From an uncultured Methanosarcinales archaeon (GTDB lineage Archaea; Nanobdellota; Nanobdellia; Woesearchaeales; JAHJBD01): 64,000 nucleotides of DNA. Positions 43,554 through 53,618 of the stretch are shown here, piece after piece. Numbering within the stretch: position 1 is the first letter of the stretch; each line of letters starts with the position of its first letter. The stretch is taken from the NCBI GenBank assembly GCA_964534665.1, contig CAZHRT010000001.1, forward strand, positions 605 through 64,604, given 5' to 3'. The translations under genes and the position numbers were made by a program. Under the pieces are notes generated by a model. That model saw nothing but the letters and a program-made list of their open reading frames with translations. It did no database searches and had not been told where the DNA came from.

Positions 43554-44810
43554 TCAAGCCTTTATCCTTTTATTAATCTCACCGCGTAAATTCTTACCAA
43601 TAAGCGATTTAACTTCCTTAGGATAATTTGCTAATAACCAAGCTAATTTAACAAAAGCAGTCTCAGGTAACATATCTTCAGCAGAAATAACCCCAATTGA
43701 AAGCAAATCTCTACCTGTTGAATAAACATTCATGTTAACTCTTCCATAAAGTGTTTGGGTTGCCATAACAACAACACAACCACTATCAATTAACTCTTTA
43801 ATTGCTTTTAGATTATCTTTATTACTTTTAGTAAATTCATCTATGCTATTAATTGGAGCATGACCAAGTCCTGTTCCTTCTAAAACAAGCCCTTTATAAT
43901 TTCTAAAAGATTTAATTTGTTCAGGTCTAATCCCTGGATACATCTTTAACAAACCAACATTTTCTTCAAGATTATCAATCACTTTAAAATCTTCTTGTGG
44001 CTTATGCAATTCTTTATGAAATTTAATTTCTTTAGTATTATAATCAATTGATGCAATTGGTAAATCATTAACTACAGTAAAAGCATCTCTTCTTGAACTA
44101 TGCATTTTCCTTGTTTTACAAGCAGGCATAATATCACAAATTTTATCACCGCTTTCACTATGCATACAAATCGCAACGCCAGCAAAATCACTTTTAATTA
44201 TAAATTCAGCAGCACATATCAAATTCATACCAGCATCAGAACTACCCCTATCAGAACTTCTCTGTGCACCAACAACTAATACAGGAACAGGAACATTATC
44301 TAAAATAAAAGCTAAAGCAGCAGCTGTATAACCTAATGTATCAGTACCGTGTGTCAATATAATTCCATTTGCACCATTACTAACCTCTTCTTTAATTGCT
44401 TTAGCCATCAACTTATAATGCTTAAAATTCATATCTTCAGACCACATATTACTGATTAATTTACTGTTCAGATTAGCAATTTCAGAAAGTTCAGGAAACA
44501 TTCCAACAAGATCTTCAGGTTCAAAAGAACTAAAAACAGAACCTGTCCGATAATCAACCTTAGATGCAATAGTTCCTCCAGTATGTAATATAGATATATT
44601 AGGTAAACCTTTCTTAGACTTTAATTTTTTACCATGTTTAATCTCAAACTTCTTACCTTCACCTAATTTTTTCTTAGATTTAATTTTATCTTTACTAATA
44701 CCCACATTATAACCATTATCTAATTTAACAAATACAGCATTTTCTGTCTCATTAACAAAAAGACCTTCATACTCATTTATCTTAACTTTATCCCCAGGTT
44801 TCATAAGCAA
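43554..44810 (-). CDS. gatD: Glu-tRNA(Gln) amidotransferase subunit D (asparaginase-like)
   Basis: ILHTGGTIAS and THGTDTLGYTAAAL are asparaginase motifs, preceded by an N-terminal GatD-specific domain. Confidence 0.9.
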   Translation of the reverse strand: MLMKPGDKVKINEYEGLFVNETENAVFVKLDNGYNVGISKDKIKSKKKLGEGKKFEIKHGKKLKSKKGLPNISILHTGGTIASKVDYRTGSVFSSFEPEDLVGMFPELSEIANLNSKLISNMWSEDMNFKHYKLMAKAIKEEVSNGANGIILTHGTDTLGYTAAALAFILDNVPVPVLVVGAQRSSDRGSSDAGMNLICAAEFIIKSDFAGVAICMHSESGDKICDIMPACKTRKMHSSRRDAFTVVNDLPIASIDYNTKEIKFHKELHKPQEDFKVIDNLEENVGLLKMYPGIRPEQIKSFRNYKGLVLEGTGLGHAPINSIDEFTKSNKDNLKAIKELIDSGCVVVMATQTLYGRVNMNVYSTGRDLLSIGVISAEDMLPETAFVKLAWLLANYPKEVKSLIGKNLRGEINKRIKA

Positions 44811-44878
44811 GATATATTTGAATATCTTATTTAAAGTTTTTGCAAAGATTTAAATAAAATCTATCTTAAAACAAAAAC

Positions 44879-45814
44879 ATGAAACATACAGCAAAAGTGA
44901 CTCTTCTTTTAGTATCACTTTTTCTTGCTGCACAATTAGTTGGCCTTTTCACAATAACAAATTATATTGAAGTTAATAAACAGATTTCTGAATCTGGCGA
45001 AGAAATAACAAAGATTAGCTACCCAGATACAGCCTTAGGAGTTCAACCAGAAATAAATAAAGAAAATAATTCTGAAATGACAACAACTGTAATTACAATA
45101 GTAATGGCATTACTACTAGGAACAGGTTTACTTTTACTATTAATCAAATTCAGACTTGGAAAATTGTGGAAACTTTGGTTTTTCATGGCCATTTTCCTTA
45201 CATTAGCAATATCTTTTGAAGTTTACACAAACATTATTACTGCATTTATTATTGCAGCATTATTAGCTGCATGGAGAGTATTAAAACCAAACCCTTGGGT
45301 ACATAACATAAGCGAAGTTTTCATTTACACAGGAATCGCAATTCTTATCCTCCCATTAATTAATGTTACAGGAGCAATAATAATCCTATTAATAATATCA
45401 TTATATGACATGTATGCTGTCTGGAAATCAAAACATATGGTAAAGATGGCAACTTTCATGACAGAAAATAAACTTTTCGCAGGATTGTTTGTACAATATG
45501 AATCAGCAAAGAAGAAAATTAAGAAAACAAAAAAAGTTACAATTAAAAAGACTATTCAAGTTAAAAGTGCAATTTTAGGTGGAGGAGATATTGCTTTTCC
45601 ATTATTATTTTCAATTACAGTCTTAGAGAGTTTAATCGTAAATACTGGAGTAACAAAACTAGTTGCCTTATCACAAACATTAATAATTACTCTTTTCGTA
45701 ACAATCTCATTATTATTACTTTTCTTAAAATCGAAGAAAGATAAATTCTATCCAGCAATGCCATTTTTAACTGCAGGATGTTTAATAGGATACGCAATAC
45801 TAATGCTTTTCTAA
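44879..45814 (+). CDS. Presenilin/signal-peptide-peptidase homologue (A22 intramembrane aspartyl protease)
   Basis: YD (SLYDMYAVW), GxGD (LGGGDIAFPL) and a PAL-like motif (YPAMPFL) occur in the canonical order across about 9 TM segments. Confidence 0.8.
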   Translation: MKHTAKVTLLLVSLFLAAQLVGLFTITNYIEVNKQISESGEEITKISYPDTALGVQPEINKENNSEMTTTVITIVMALLLGTGLLLLLIKFRLGKLWKLWFFMAIFLTLAISFEVYTNIITAFIIAALLAAWRVLKPNPWVHNISEVFIYTGIAILILPLINVTGAIIILLIISLYDMYAVWKSKHMVKMATFMTENKLFAGLFVQYESAKKKIKKTKKVTIKKTIQVKSAILGGGDIAFPLLFSITVLESLIVNTGVTKLVALSQTLIITLFVTISLLLLFLKSKKDKFYPAMPFLTAGCLIGYAILMLF

Positions 45815-46566
45815 AAACCCTGTAATGTTTTTTGACCCTGGTCGGCTGCGTATGATAATGGATTAATCACCATACCATCTTTAGCAGCAATTGTAGCAAC
45901 ACCTGTTGCTTTCTTAATTTCTCTTGCTTCATATAAAGGATCAGCTTCAACCATTTTAACACCAAAATTAGTTAAAATTGCAAGTTTAGGTTTTACTGCT
46001 TTAATTAATTTAATTGCATCTTCAGAAGAAAATCCCTCTTTAGGAGAAAAAACATTCAAGATTAAGATACTAGTATTTTTGCATTGTTCTTCTAAATCAG
46101 AGGAATATTTCATTGCTGGCACATAACAAACAGTAAATTGAGGCGCTAAAATCTTATATCCAATACCAAAATCCAAACCAATAGATTGAATTTCAATTTC
46201 ATTAACACCAACTTTTCTCCCAGAATCTAAAACAATAAATCTTTCTAAATAATCCCTATATTTTGTAAGAAGAAAACTTTCAGGCCCATTGATTACTTGA
46301 TGGTTTGCAACCAAAACACCTTTTTTATCAAATCCAGAATAAGTCATTGCATCAATAACAGTATTAATTTCTGCACAACTAAATAAATCATTCTTAGAAA
46401 CTAAGATTGCAGTAGTTGCTCTTGGATTAATATTACACATTTTAGAAGCTGTAAAAGCACCCGGTCCAGGATCTATATGAAGTTGATTCTCATTAATCTG
46501 AATAATTATACCACCAGAACCCCTCCCGTGTCTACCTAAAACATAAGAATCTCCTGCAGTTCCCAA
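45811..46566 (-). CDS. Metallo-beta-lactamase-fold protein lacking the HxHxDH motif and lacking a canonical start
   Basis: It has an FLGTAGD...HIDPGPG fold signature, but ILVSKNDLFS sits where (T)HxHxDH is expected. The frame is open upstream (ITISAILF) with no ATG or GTG, and the tracker's TTG falls inside the conserved FLGT. Confidence 0.5.
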   Translation of the reverse strand: MGTAGDSYVLGRHGRGSGGIIIQINENQLHIDPGPGAFTASKMCNINPRATTAILVSKNDLFSCAEINTVIDAMTYSGFDKKGVLVANHQVINGPESFLLTKYRDYLERFIVLDSGRKVGVNEIEIQSIGLDFGIGYKILAPQFTVCYVPAMKYSSDLEEQCKNTSILILNVFSPKEGFSSEDAIKLIKAVKPKLAILTNFGVKMVEADPLYEAREIKKATGVATIAAKDGMVINPLSYAADQGQKTLQGF

Positions 46567-46696
46567 AAAAAGTATCGCTGAAATAGTTATCCCTCTAGAA
46601 TGAGTAAAATTTTTAGGTTAATAAATATTATTGTGATTAAACATTAAGATAGAACCTATACAAAAATTTAAATAAAAAATTCCACTATCACTAAAT

Positions 46697-48259
46697 ATGA
46701 TAAATAACTTAATCTTAGTCTCCATGCCTTATATAGTACCTACTAGTCCACCCTTGGGCATTGCTAGCTTAAAGAGTTATATAGAAAGTAATTCAAAGAC
46801 TCAAGTTACCTGTATTGATATTAACCAATTATTTACTCAAGATATGATTAATACAATTCAAGAAGAGAATAAAACAATAGACCAAAAAGCAAAAGAATTC
46901 TTAGAAATCTCAAAATTGCTTAAAACTGATGAATTATACGCAGATGAATTAAAACTAAAGCAATCTCTTAAGGCTTTTTCAGATTTTCTAACAACAATAA
47001 ATAATAATACAATCAAAACTTCAAAAGAATATTTACAAGGAGAAAGAACTGATTTAGATTTAATGGATAAATATACAGAAACCATTCTTATTAAAAAACC
47101 TGAACTAATCGGATTCAGTATAGGTTACCCAGACCAGTTAAAAAATTCTATAGCTATGGCAAAAAGATTAAAAGAAAAAAATCCAAATATTAAAATTATT
47201 TTTGGAGGTTCTTTATTAGATAAATCTAAGAAATATTCAAATTTTTTCAAAAAACATAAACTAATAGTTGATTATATTATTTATGATCAAGGTGAATCAG
47301 GCCTCCTTGCATTAGTAAAGGGAAAAGAACTAACTAAAATCCCAAACCTTGTTTATATGAAAGATAATGAAACTAAACAAAATCATGAAGGAATCCTAAC
47401 AAACTTTGAGAATGTACCATTTGCTGATTTTTCTGATTTTAAACTATCTGAATATTATACTCCCAATTTAGTTTTACCAATACTATCTGCAAAAGGCTGT
47501 TACTGGCGAAGATGTTCTTTTTGCACCCACCACAATTCCTATTCACACAAATATGCAGCTAAAAACGTAAAACGCTTTGTTGAAGAACTAGAACATTATA
47601 ATAAAACATACAGAGCAAAATATTTTTATTTTTCAGATGAAATGATCTCTGCACCAAGATTTGAAAAAATTGCAGATGAGATAATTAGCAAAAGATTAAA
47701 CATCAATTATTCTGCATTAGTTAAACCTACTAATGATTTTTCTTTAAAAATTCTAGAAAAAATGCATAAATCTGGTTGTACAATCCTAATTTCTGGAATT
47801 GAATCAGGAAATCAAAGAATCCTAGATTTAATAGACAAAGGCACAAACGTCAAGGCTAACGAAGAATTTCTTAAACATGCAAACATAGCAGGCATTAAAA
47901 ATGTGTGCTATATTTTTATAGGATTTCCTACAGAAACAAAAGAAGAATTAGAAGACACTAAGAATTTCATTGTTAATAATGAAAAAATAATTAATTATTT
48001 GTTAATAGCAAAGTTTTTGCTTGAAGAAAATTCATTAATAATGAAAAATCCTGAAAAGTTTCAAATAATAATTAAGGAACCTATAAAAATTAATAATAAA
48101 ACTGTTATAAATAATTTTGAAGTGCTCACAAAAGATGGAATTCAGCCAAATTCTAGAGTATACCAAGAATATTTAGATTTCTTTCAAAATTTCAAAGGCG
48201 GCCAATATGGTTTAGGTAGATTCCGCGAACATATGCTGATATACTATAGTAAGATTTAA
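46697..48259 (+). CDS. B12-binding-domain radical SAM protein (class B)
   Basis: The N-terminus is Rossmann-like (IGFSIGYP...IKIIFGGS), followed by AKGCYWRRCSFCTH (CxxxCxxC). Confidence 0.8.
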   Translation: MINNLILVSMPYIVPTSPPLGIASLKSYIESNSKTQVTCIDINQLFTQDMINTIQEENKTIDQKAKEFLEISKLLKTDELYADELKLKQSLKAFSDFLTTINNNTIKTSKEYLQGERTDLDLMDKYTETILIKKPELIGFSIGYPDQLKNSIAMAKRLKEKNPNIKIIFGGSLLDKSKKYSNFFKKHKLIVDYIIYDQGESGLLALVKGKELTKIPNLVYMKDNETKQNHEGILTNFENVPFADFSDFKLSEYYTPNLVLPILSAKGCYWRRCSFCTHHNSYSHKYAAKNVKRFVEELEHYNKTYRAKYFYFSDEMISAPRFEKIADEIISKRLNINYSALVKPTNDFSLKILEKMHKSGCTILISGIESGNQRILDLIDKGTNVKANEEFLKHANIAGIKNVCYIFIGFPTETKEELEDTKNFIVNNEKIINYLLIAKFLLEENSLIMKNPEKFQIIIKEPIKINNKTVINNFEVLTKDGIQPNSRVYQEYLDFFQNFKGGQYGLGRFREHMLIYYSKI

Positions 48260-48262
48260 AAA
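48255..48262 (+). promoter_or_regulatory. Putative TATA box for SRP RNA
   Basis: TTTAAAAA lies about 21-28 nt upstream of the predicted RNA 5' end. Confidence 0.4.
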
Positions 48263-48280
48263 GTCAACTTTGTTTATCGA

Positions 48281-48561
48281 CTCTAGGCAAGCTAGGCTGG
48301 CAGGTTAGCCCTCTGTTGTTACCATCAACGGGCTTTAGGTGGAGTCGAAGCTTGGTAAGAGGTATAAACTTAGTTTATCAGTCTCTGTATGGACGTTGAA
48401 ATTCTGTCCTATAGGATTGATATCTTAAGGAACCGCGCCAGGGCAGGAATGCAGCAACGCTAACTTCTGATATTGATGCTTATAGGGTAGCGGAATTGAG
48501 GAAATATAGGGGTAGCTGGTCTTCTTTGTTTGTATCCATTATCAAGCGTGCTTGCCTACTT
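48281..48561 (+). ncRNA. Signal recognition particle RNA (archaeal 7S)
   Basis: A GC-enriched ~280-nt island with no ORF. CGCCAGGGCAGGAATGCAGCAACGC matches the helix-8 pattern CGCCAGG-NNN-GGAA-NNN-AGCAACG that I recall from methanogen 7S RNA. The terminal helix is TAGGCAAGC (48284-48292) with GCTTGCCTA (48550-48558). Confidence 0.8.
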
Positions 48562-48578
48562 TCTAATAAAAAAAGAAA

Positions 48579-49490
48579 TTAATTAACATAACTTAACCAA
48601 GATTCATATTTAGGAATCTTACCTTGAACAGCATCAAGATATATTGTTTTTAACTTTACAGTTATTGGACCCGGTGCTTTTTCGCCAATTGGTTTATCAT
48701 TCAAAGAAGCTATCGCAGTAACTTCAGCTGCTGTTCCTGTAAAGAAAGCTTCGTCTGCATTAAAAATATCTTCTTTGGTCAAAACTTTCTCTTCAACTTC
48801 AAAACCTTCATCTTTAGCTATTTGAATTACTGAATCTCGAGTTATGCCAGGTAACACGTTCCCTAAAGGTGGAGTATATATCTTCCCATCTTTAACCATA
48901 AATATATTTTCTCCAGGACCTTCAGCAATATTACCTTTATAATCCAAAAGTAATGCTTCATCATAACCATCTCTTTTGATTTCTATACTAGCAAGAATCG
49001 AATTAGCATAATTCCCACAAATCTTTGCATTTGGATCGGTTGATTCTGGATGAAGTTTGATTATCTTTGGAATTTTTATCCTAACTGCCTCTTCACCAAG
49101 ATAAGTTCCCCAGGGCCATACAGCTATTAAAACATTAACAGGAGCACCCTTAGGATTTAAACCCATCTTTCCATAACCAAAATATCCCATATGTCTTACA
49201 TATCCGGATTTTACTTTGTTAATTTTAACAATCTCAAGAGTAGATTTATTTATCTCTTCTTTTGAAAACGGAATTTCCATCTCAAATACTTCTGCTGACT
49301 TAAATAATCTATCTGTATGTTCTTTTAATCTAAAAATAGCTTGCCCTTTATCTGTTTCATAGAATCTTACTCCTTCAAATACTCCACCACCGTAATGTAA
49401 TGTATGTGTAAGTACATGTATCTTAGCATCTTTCCAAGGTACTAGCTTGCCATCCATCCAAATAAATTCCGTTTCGTCCATTTTTAACAC
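48579..49490 (-). CDS. ilvE: Branched-chain amino acid aminotransferase
   Basis: IWMDGKLVPW, LHYGGGVFEGVR, EGPGENIF and FFTGTAAEV are fold-type IV PLP motifs. Confidence 0.9.
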   Translation of the reverse strand: MLKMDETEFIWMDGKLVPWKDAKIHVLTHTLHYGGGVFEGVRFYETDKGQAIFRLKEHTDRLFKSAEVFEMEIPFSKEEINKSTLEIVKINKVKSGYVRHMGYFGYGKMGLNPKGAPVNVLIAVWPWGTYLGEEAVRIKIPKIIKLHPESTDPNAKICGNYANSILASIEIKRDGYDEALLLDYKGNIAEGPGENIFMVKDGKIYTPPLGNVLPGITRDSVIQIAKDEGFEVEEKVLTKEDIFNADEAFFTGTAAEVTAIASLNDKPIGEKAPGPITVKLKTIYLDAVQGKIPKYESWLSYVN

Positions 49491-49593
49491 TAATTTTTTA
49501 TCAATACTTAAAAATAGATGCTACGAATGTTAATGAGTTTGCGTCCATTTTAATATTGGAAAAGGAATTTGATTTAAATAATTTATGTTATAT

Positions 49594-50463
49594 TCACAAC
49601 ACATACCACAAAACTAAAGGTAAAGTAATCAAACTTATCAATATCCCTAAGAATACAACAGAAGAAACTAAAGCAGCATCTCGTTTATATTTAGATGTTA
49701 AAATCATTGAAAATACAGCAGGGGGCATTGAAGATTGTATTAAAATAATACTACGAGCAACTCCTGATATTGAAAACATACTAACAATCAATAAAGCCGC
49801 TAAAAAACCTCCAACAATTCTAAACAAAGCAATTGATAAAGCTGTTTTAAAAGATTTAATCTTAATTTCTGTTAGCTTATAACCTAAAACCAACAATGCT
49901 GCAGGTATTGTTATCATACCAATCATTTCAATTGGCTTAAGAATGATTTCAGGTGTTTGTATCTTATAAATATTAAATAAAATGCCTAGAATTGCAGCAT
50001 ACAATAGCGGCGTCCTAAACATCTCCTTAAAATCATTTTTTTTATTAACAATATATATTCCAAAACTAAACAAAAACAAACCATTTACAATATCATATAT
50101 TATTGCATGAGACAAACCAATAGCTCCAAAAGCAAATAACGCTACGGGAAAACCTAAATACCCAGTATTACCCGTAGCTATTGGCAAATAAATCCCTTTT
50201 CTTTTATCATTAGTAATCTTAAAATAAACAAAAGTAACAACCATTAACAAAGCAATTACTCCAGCAGCTGCAAGAATCATTGTTAAAAAATTACTCATCT
50301 GAACTTCTGCTATAGAAATCGAAGAGAAAACTAAAGCTGGTCCTGAAACATAAATTAACAGGTCTATAAGAACTTGAATATTTACTTTTTTCTTTTTACC
50401 AATAAAAAAACCTAAAACAACTATAAGGAATACAGGTATTACAACTCTTAATATTTGAAGCAT
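49594..50463 (-). CDS. AEC-family (auxin efflux carrier-like) transporter
   Basis: Ten TM segments with a GNTGYLGFP motif, and the size fits. Confidence 0.7.
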   Translation of the reverse strand: MLQILRVVIPVFLIVVLGFFIGKKKKVNIQVLIDLLIYVSGPALVFSSISIAEVQMSNFLTMILAAAGVIALLMVVTFVYFKITNDKRKGIYLPIATGNTGYLGFPVALFAFGAIGLSHAIIYDIVNGLFLFSFGIYIVNKKNDFKEMFRTPLLYAAILGILFNIYKIQTPEIILKPIEMIGMITIPAALLVLGYKLTEIKIKSFKTALSIALFRIVGGFLAALLIVSMFSISGVARSIILIQSSMPPAVFSMILTSKYKRDAALVSSVVFLGILISLITLPLVLWYVL

Positions 50464-50495
50464 AATAATAAAAGAAAAAAGATAGTATAAAAAAC

Positions 50496-52133
50496 TTACT
50501 TACAATAACAATTTCTTCCTTTAAACTTAACCCTATAAGCTTCCATAAGGGGAGTCATTTTCCTAACCGGACATAAAGGTTTTTTAAGTCTTTCAGCAAT
50601 TTCTTTATCACTTAATTTAACATTAAGTTTTCTATTAGGAATATCAATCTCAACTATATCGCCATCTCTAATTGCACCAATTGCTCCGCCGTTATAAGCC
50701 TCCATTTCAATATGTCCGATACATGGCCCAGAAGTTCCACCTGAAAATCTTCCGTCAGTAATCAAAGCAACTTTTGTATAACCAGCACCCTTAATTGTAT
50801 CTGTAGGTGTTAACATCTCAGGCATTCCAGGTGCACCCGCAGGTCCTTGATAAGGAAGAACTACCACATCCCCTTCTGAAATTTTCTTAGCTTCAATAGC
50901 ATCTAACAAATCATCTTCTGTATAGAAAACTTTAGCAGGACCACTATGAACCATCATATCTTCTTCAACAGCTGTCTGCTTAACAACAGAACTATTTGCA
51001 ATATTACCTTTAAGAACTGCTATTCCACCTTGTTGCATATAGGCATTATCTTTAGACCTGATAACATCATCATCTGTTACTTTTCCCTCTGAAGCTATCT
51101 CCTTAATTCCTTTACCCATTACAGTTGGACTATCCTTAATCATATCTTTTAATCTATTCAAAACTCCTGGAACTCCACCAGCTGCATCAATATCAGCCAT
51201 TTCATAATCACCTGCAGGAATTATCTTACATAAGTTTGGTGTTTTTTTAGATATTTCATCAAAATGATCAACACTAATTTCAACACCTGCTTCGTGAGCC
51301 ACTGCAGGAATATGTAATACAGTATTTGTTGAACCACCCATAGCCATATCTACCATAATCGCATTTTCAAATGCTTGTTTTGTCATGATATCTCTTGGTT
51401 TGATTCCTTTCTTAACTAATTCAACAATTTTCTTACCTGTTTCATAAGCTTGTTTCTTTTTCAAAGGATCAATTGCTAAAGTTGTAGAACATTTTGTAAC
51501 AGACATTCCTAATACTTCAGTTACTGTTGCCATTGTATTAGCCGTAAATAAACCAACACAACTTCCAACACCACAAGTCATACAAGGAAGCATTGCATTT
51601 GCTTCAGCTTCTGACATCTTACCGCCTTTAACCTGGCCAACAACACCAAAACCTTCAATAGGATGATGTTTTTTACCCTTTACTACATTAGCTTTCATTG
51701 GTCCACCAGTCACCATTATAGCAGGGATATTCAAACGTCCTGCAGCCATCAACATACCAGGAGTAATCTTATCACAATTAGTTACACCAACCCAACCATC
51801 CATTGAATGGCTAACAGTCATAATTTCAATATTATCAGCAATATGCTCACGAGAAGGTAAAGAAAGTCTCATCTCAACATGCATAGCTATCCCATCACAA
51901 ACACCTGGAACACCCCAAACAAATGGAATACCACCAGCATCTCTAATACCTCGCATTACTTCATCTGACAATTCATTAAGATGAATATGTCCAGGAATAA
52001 TAGTGTTATAACTATTAGCAACGCCAATAAATGGCTTATCTGATTCTAGATCTTCTTGTTTTACCCCAGCTGACATTAATAAAGCCCTATGAGGCAACGT
52101 TGAAATATCTTTCTTGATAATATCTGAATTCAT
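50496..52133 (-). CDS. ilvD: Dihydroxy-acid dehydratase
   Basis: PFIGVANSYN, CDGIAMH, CDKITPGM and LITDGRFSGGT. Confidence 0.95.
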   Translation of the reverse strand: MNSDIIKKDISTLPHRALLMSAGVKQEDLESDKPFIGVANSYNTIIPGHIHLNELSDEVMRGIRDAGGIPFVWGVPGVCDGIAMHVEMRLSLPSREHIADNIEIMTVSHSMDGWVGVTNCDKITPGMLMAAGRLNIPAIMVTGGPMKANVVKGKKHHPIEGFGVVGQVKGGKMSEAEANAMLPCMTCGVGSCVGLFTANTMATVTEVLGMSVTKCSTTLAIDPLKKKQAYETGKKIVELVKKGIKPRDIMTKQAFENAIMVDMAMGGSTNTVLHIPAVAHEAGVEISVDHFDEISKKTPNLCKIIPAGDYEMADIDAAGGVPGVLNRLKDMIKDSPTVMGKGIKEIASEGKVTDDDVIRSKDNAYMQQGGIAVLKGNIANSSVVKQTAVEEDMMVHSGPAKVFYTEDDLLDAIEAKKISEGDVVVLPYQGPAGAPGMPEMLTPTDTIKGAGYTKVALITDGRFSGGTSGPCIGHIEMEAYNGGAIGAIRDGDIVEIDIPNRKLNVKLSDKEIAERLKKPLCPVRKMTPLMEAYRVKFKGRNCYCK

Positions 52134-52234
52134 ATGGTGATCACCAGTGAGAAGGATTACCTAGGCATATATAAATTTAATTATAGTTACTCTACTAACA
52201 TTAACTATTTAAATAATCGAATAAAACAAAGTAT

Positions 52235-53041
52235 ATGGGGGAATTACAGCTATTAAACGACTTGGTAGAGTTATATCGTAAAACAGCAACAGAACTACCA
52301 GAAGACATTCTAATTGCTCTTAAGAATTCTAAAGATAATATTATTCAAGATTTAATTAAAAACTCAGATCTAGCAAAAAACCTTTCAAAACCAATATGTC
52401 AAGATACCGGCACCCCAATATTCTACATAAAACATGATAAAACTTATTCTCAAAAAGAATTAAAAGAAATTATTACTCAAGCAACAAAAAAAGCAACTGA
52501 ACAAATTCCTTTAAGACCAAACGCTGTAAATATAGAAACAGACAAGAATTCAGGAAACAACACAGGAGATAAATTCCCAATAATTTACTTTGAAGAAATC
52601 AATAAAGGTTTAATTATAGACTTAATGTTAAAAGGCGGCGGTTCAGAAAACGTTGGCCAAACCTATAAACTTCCAAATACAGAATTAAAAGCAGAAAGAA
52701 ACATGGAAGGAATAAAAAAATGTGTTTTAGATGCAGTCTTCAAAGCACAAGGCAAAGCCTGTCCACCATATATAATTGGCGTTGCTGCAGGCGGCTCAAA
52801 AGACATTTTATCATTTTTATCAAAAAAACAATTACTTAGAAAATTAAATGATGAAACTGAATTTGAATCACAATTAAAACAAGACATTAACAAATTAGGT
52901 ATTGGTGCCTTAGGTTTTGGTGGAGAAGATACATGTTTAAGTATAAAATACAAAGAAACAGCAAGACATCCAGCAAGTTTCTTTGTTGACATTTCATTTT
53001 GTTGCTGGGCATGTAGACGAGGTTCATTAAAATATGACTGA
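52235..53041 (+). CDS. Class I fumarate hydratase / tartrate dehydratase, alpha subunit
   Basis: CQDTGTP, LRPN and KGGGSEN motifs, with a split alpha/beta arrangement. Confidence 0.85.
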   Translation: MGELQLLNDLVELYRKTATELPEDILIALKNSKDNIIQDLIKNSDLAKNLSKPICQDTGTPIFYIKHDKTYSQKELKEIITQATKKATEQIPLRPNAVNIETDKNSGNNTGDKFPIIYFEEINKGLIIDLMLKGGGSENVGQTYKLPNTELKAERNMEGIKKCVLDAVFKAQGKACPPYIIGVAAGGSKDILSFLSKKQLLRKLNDETEFESQLKQDINKLGIGALGFGGEDTCLSIKYKETARHPASFFVDISFCCWACRRGSLKYD

Positions 53042-53618
53042 ACATTATTTAACAATTCCCTTAAAGGATAAAGATATTGAAAAGTTAAACATTAACGATA
53101 AAGTTTACTTATCAGGCACAATTTTCACTGCTAGAGATAAAGCACATAAATTTCTTTTAGATAAGAAAGAAGAACTTGACCTTAATGGTGGAGTATTATA
53201 CCATTGTGGGCCAGTTGTAAAAAAAACAGAAAATAATTATGAAATTATAGCAGCAGGTCCAACAACAAGTGCCAGAATGGACATGTACGAAACAGAGATT
53301 ATTGAAAAATATAAGATTAAAGCCATAATTGGAAAAGGTGGAATGGGAAGTAAAACATTAAACGCTTTACAAAAACATAAATCAATATATCTTTCAGCTT
53401 TAGGTGGGGCAGCAGTATTAGCAGCACAATCAATTATAAAAGTAATAAAAGTTTTAAAATTAGAAGAATTTGGAGTTCCAGAAGCATTGTGGATATTAGA
53501 AGTAAAAGACTTTCCAACAATCGTTACAATGGACTCAAAAGGTAATAGTTTACATGATAAAATACTAGAACAAAGCAAAATAAATTACAAAAAACTGGGA
53601 GATAATAATGGAATGTGA
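53034..53618 (+). CDS. Class I fumarate hydratase / tartrate dehydratase, beta subunit
   Basis: LSGTIFTARDKAH, YHCGP and IGKGGM. Overlaps the alpha subunit gene by 8 nt. Confidence 0.85.
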   Translation: MTEHYLTIPLKDKDIEKLNINDKVYLSGTIFTARDKAHKFLLDKKEELDLNGGVLYHCGPVVKKTENNYEIIAAGPTTSARMDMYETEIIEKYKIKAIIGKGGMGSKTLNALQKHKSIYLSALGGAAVLAAQSIIKVIKVLKLEEFGVPEALWILEVKDFPTIVTMDSKGNSLHDKILEQSKINYKKLGDNNGM

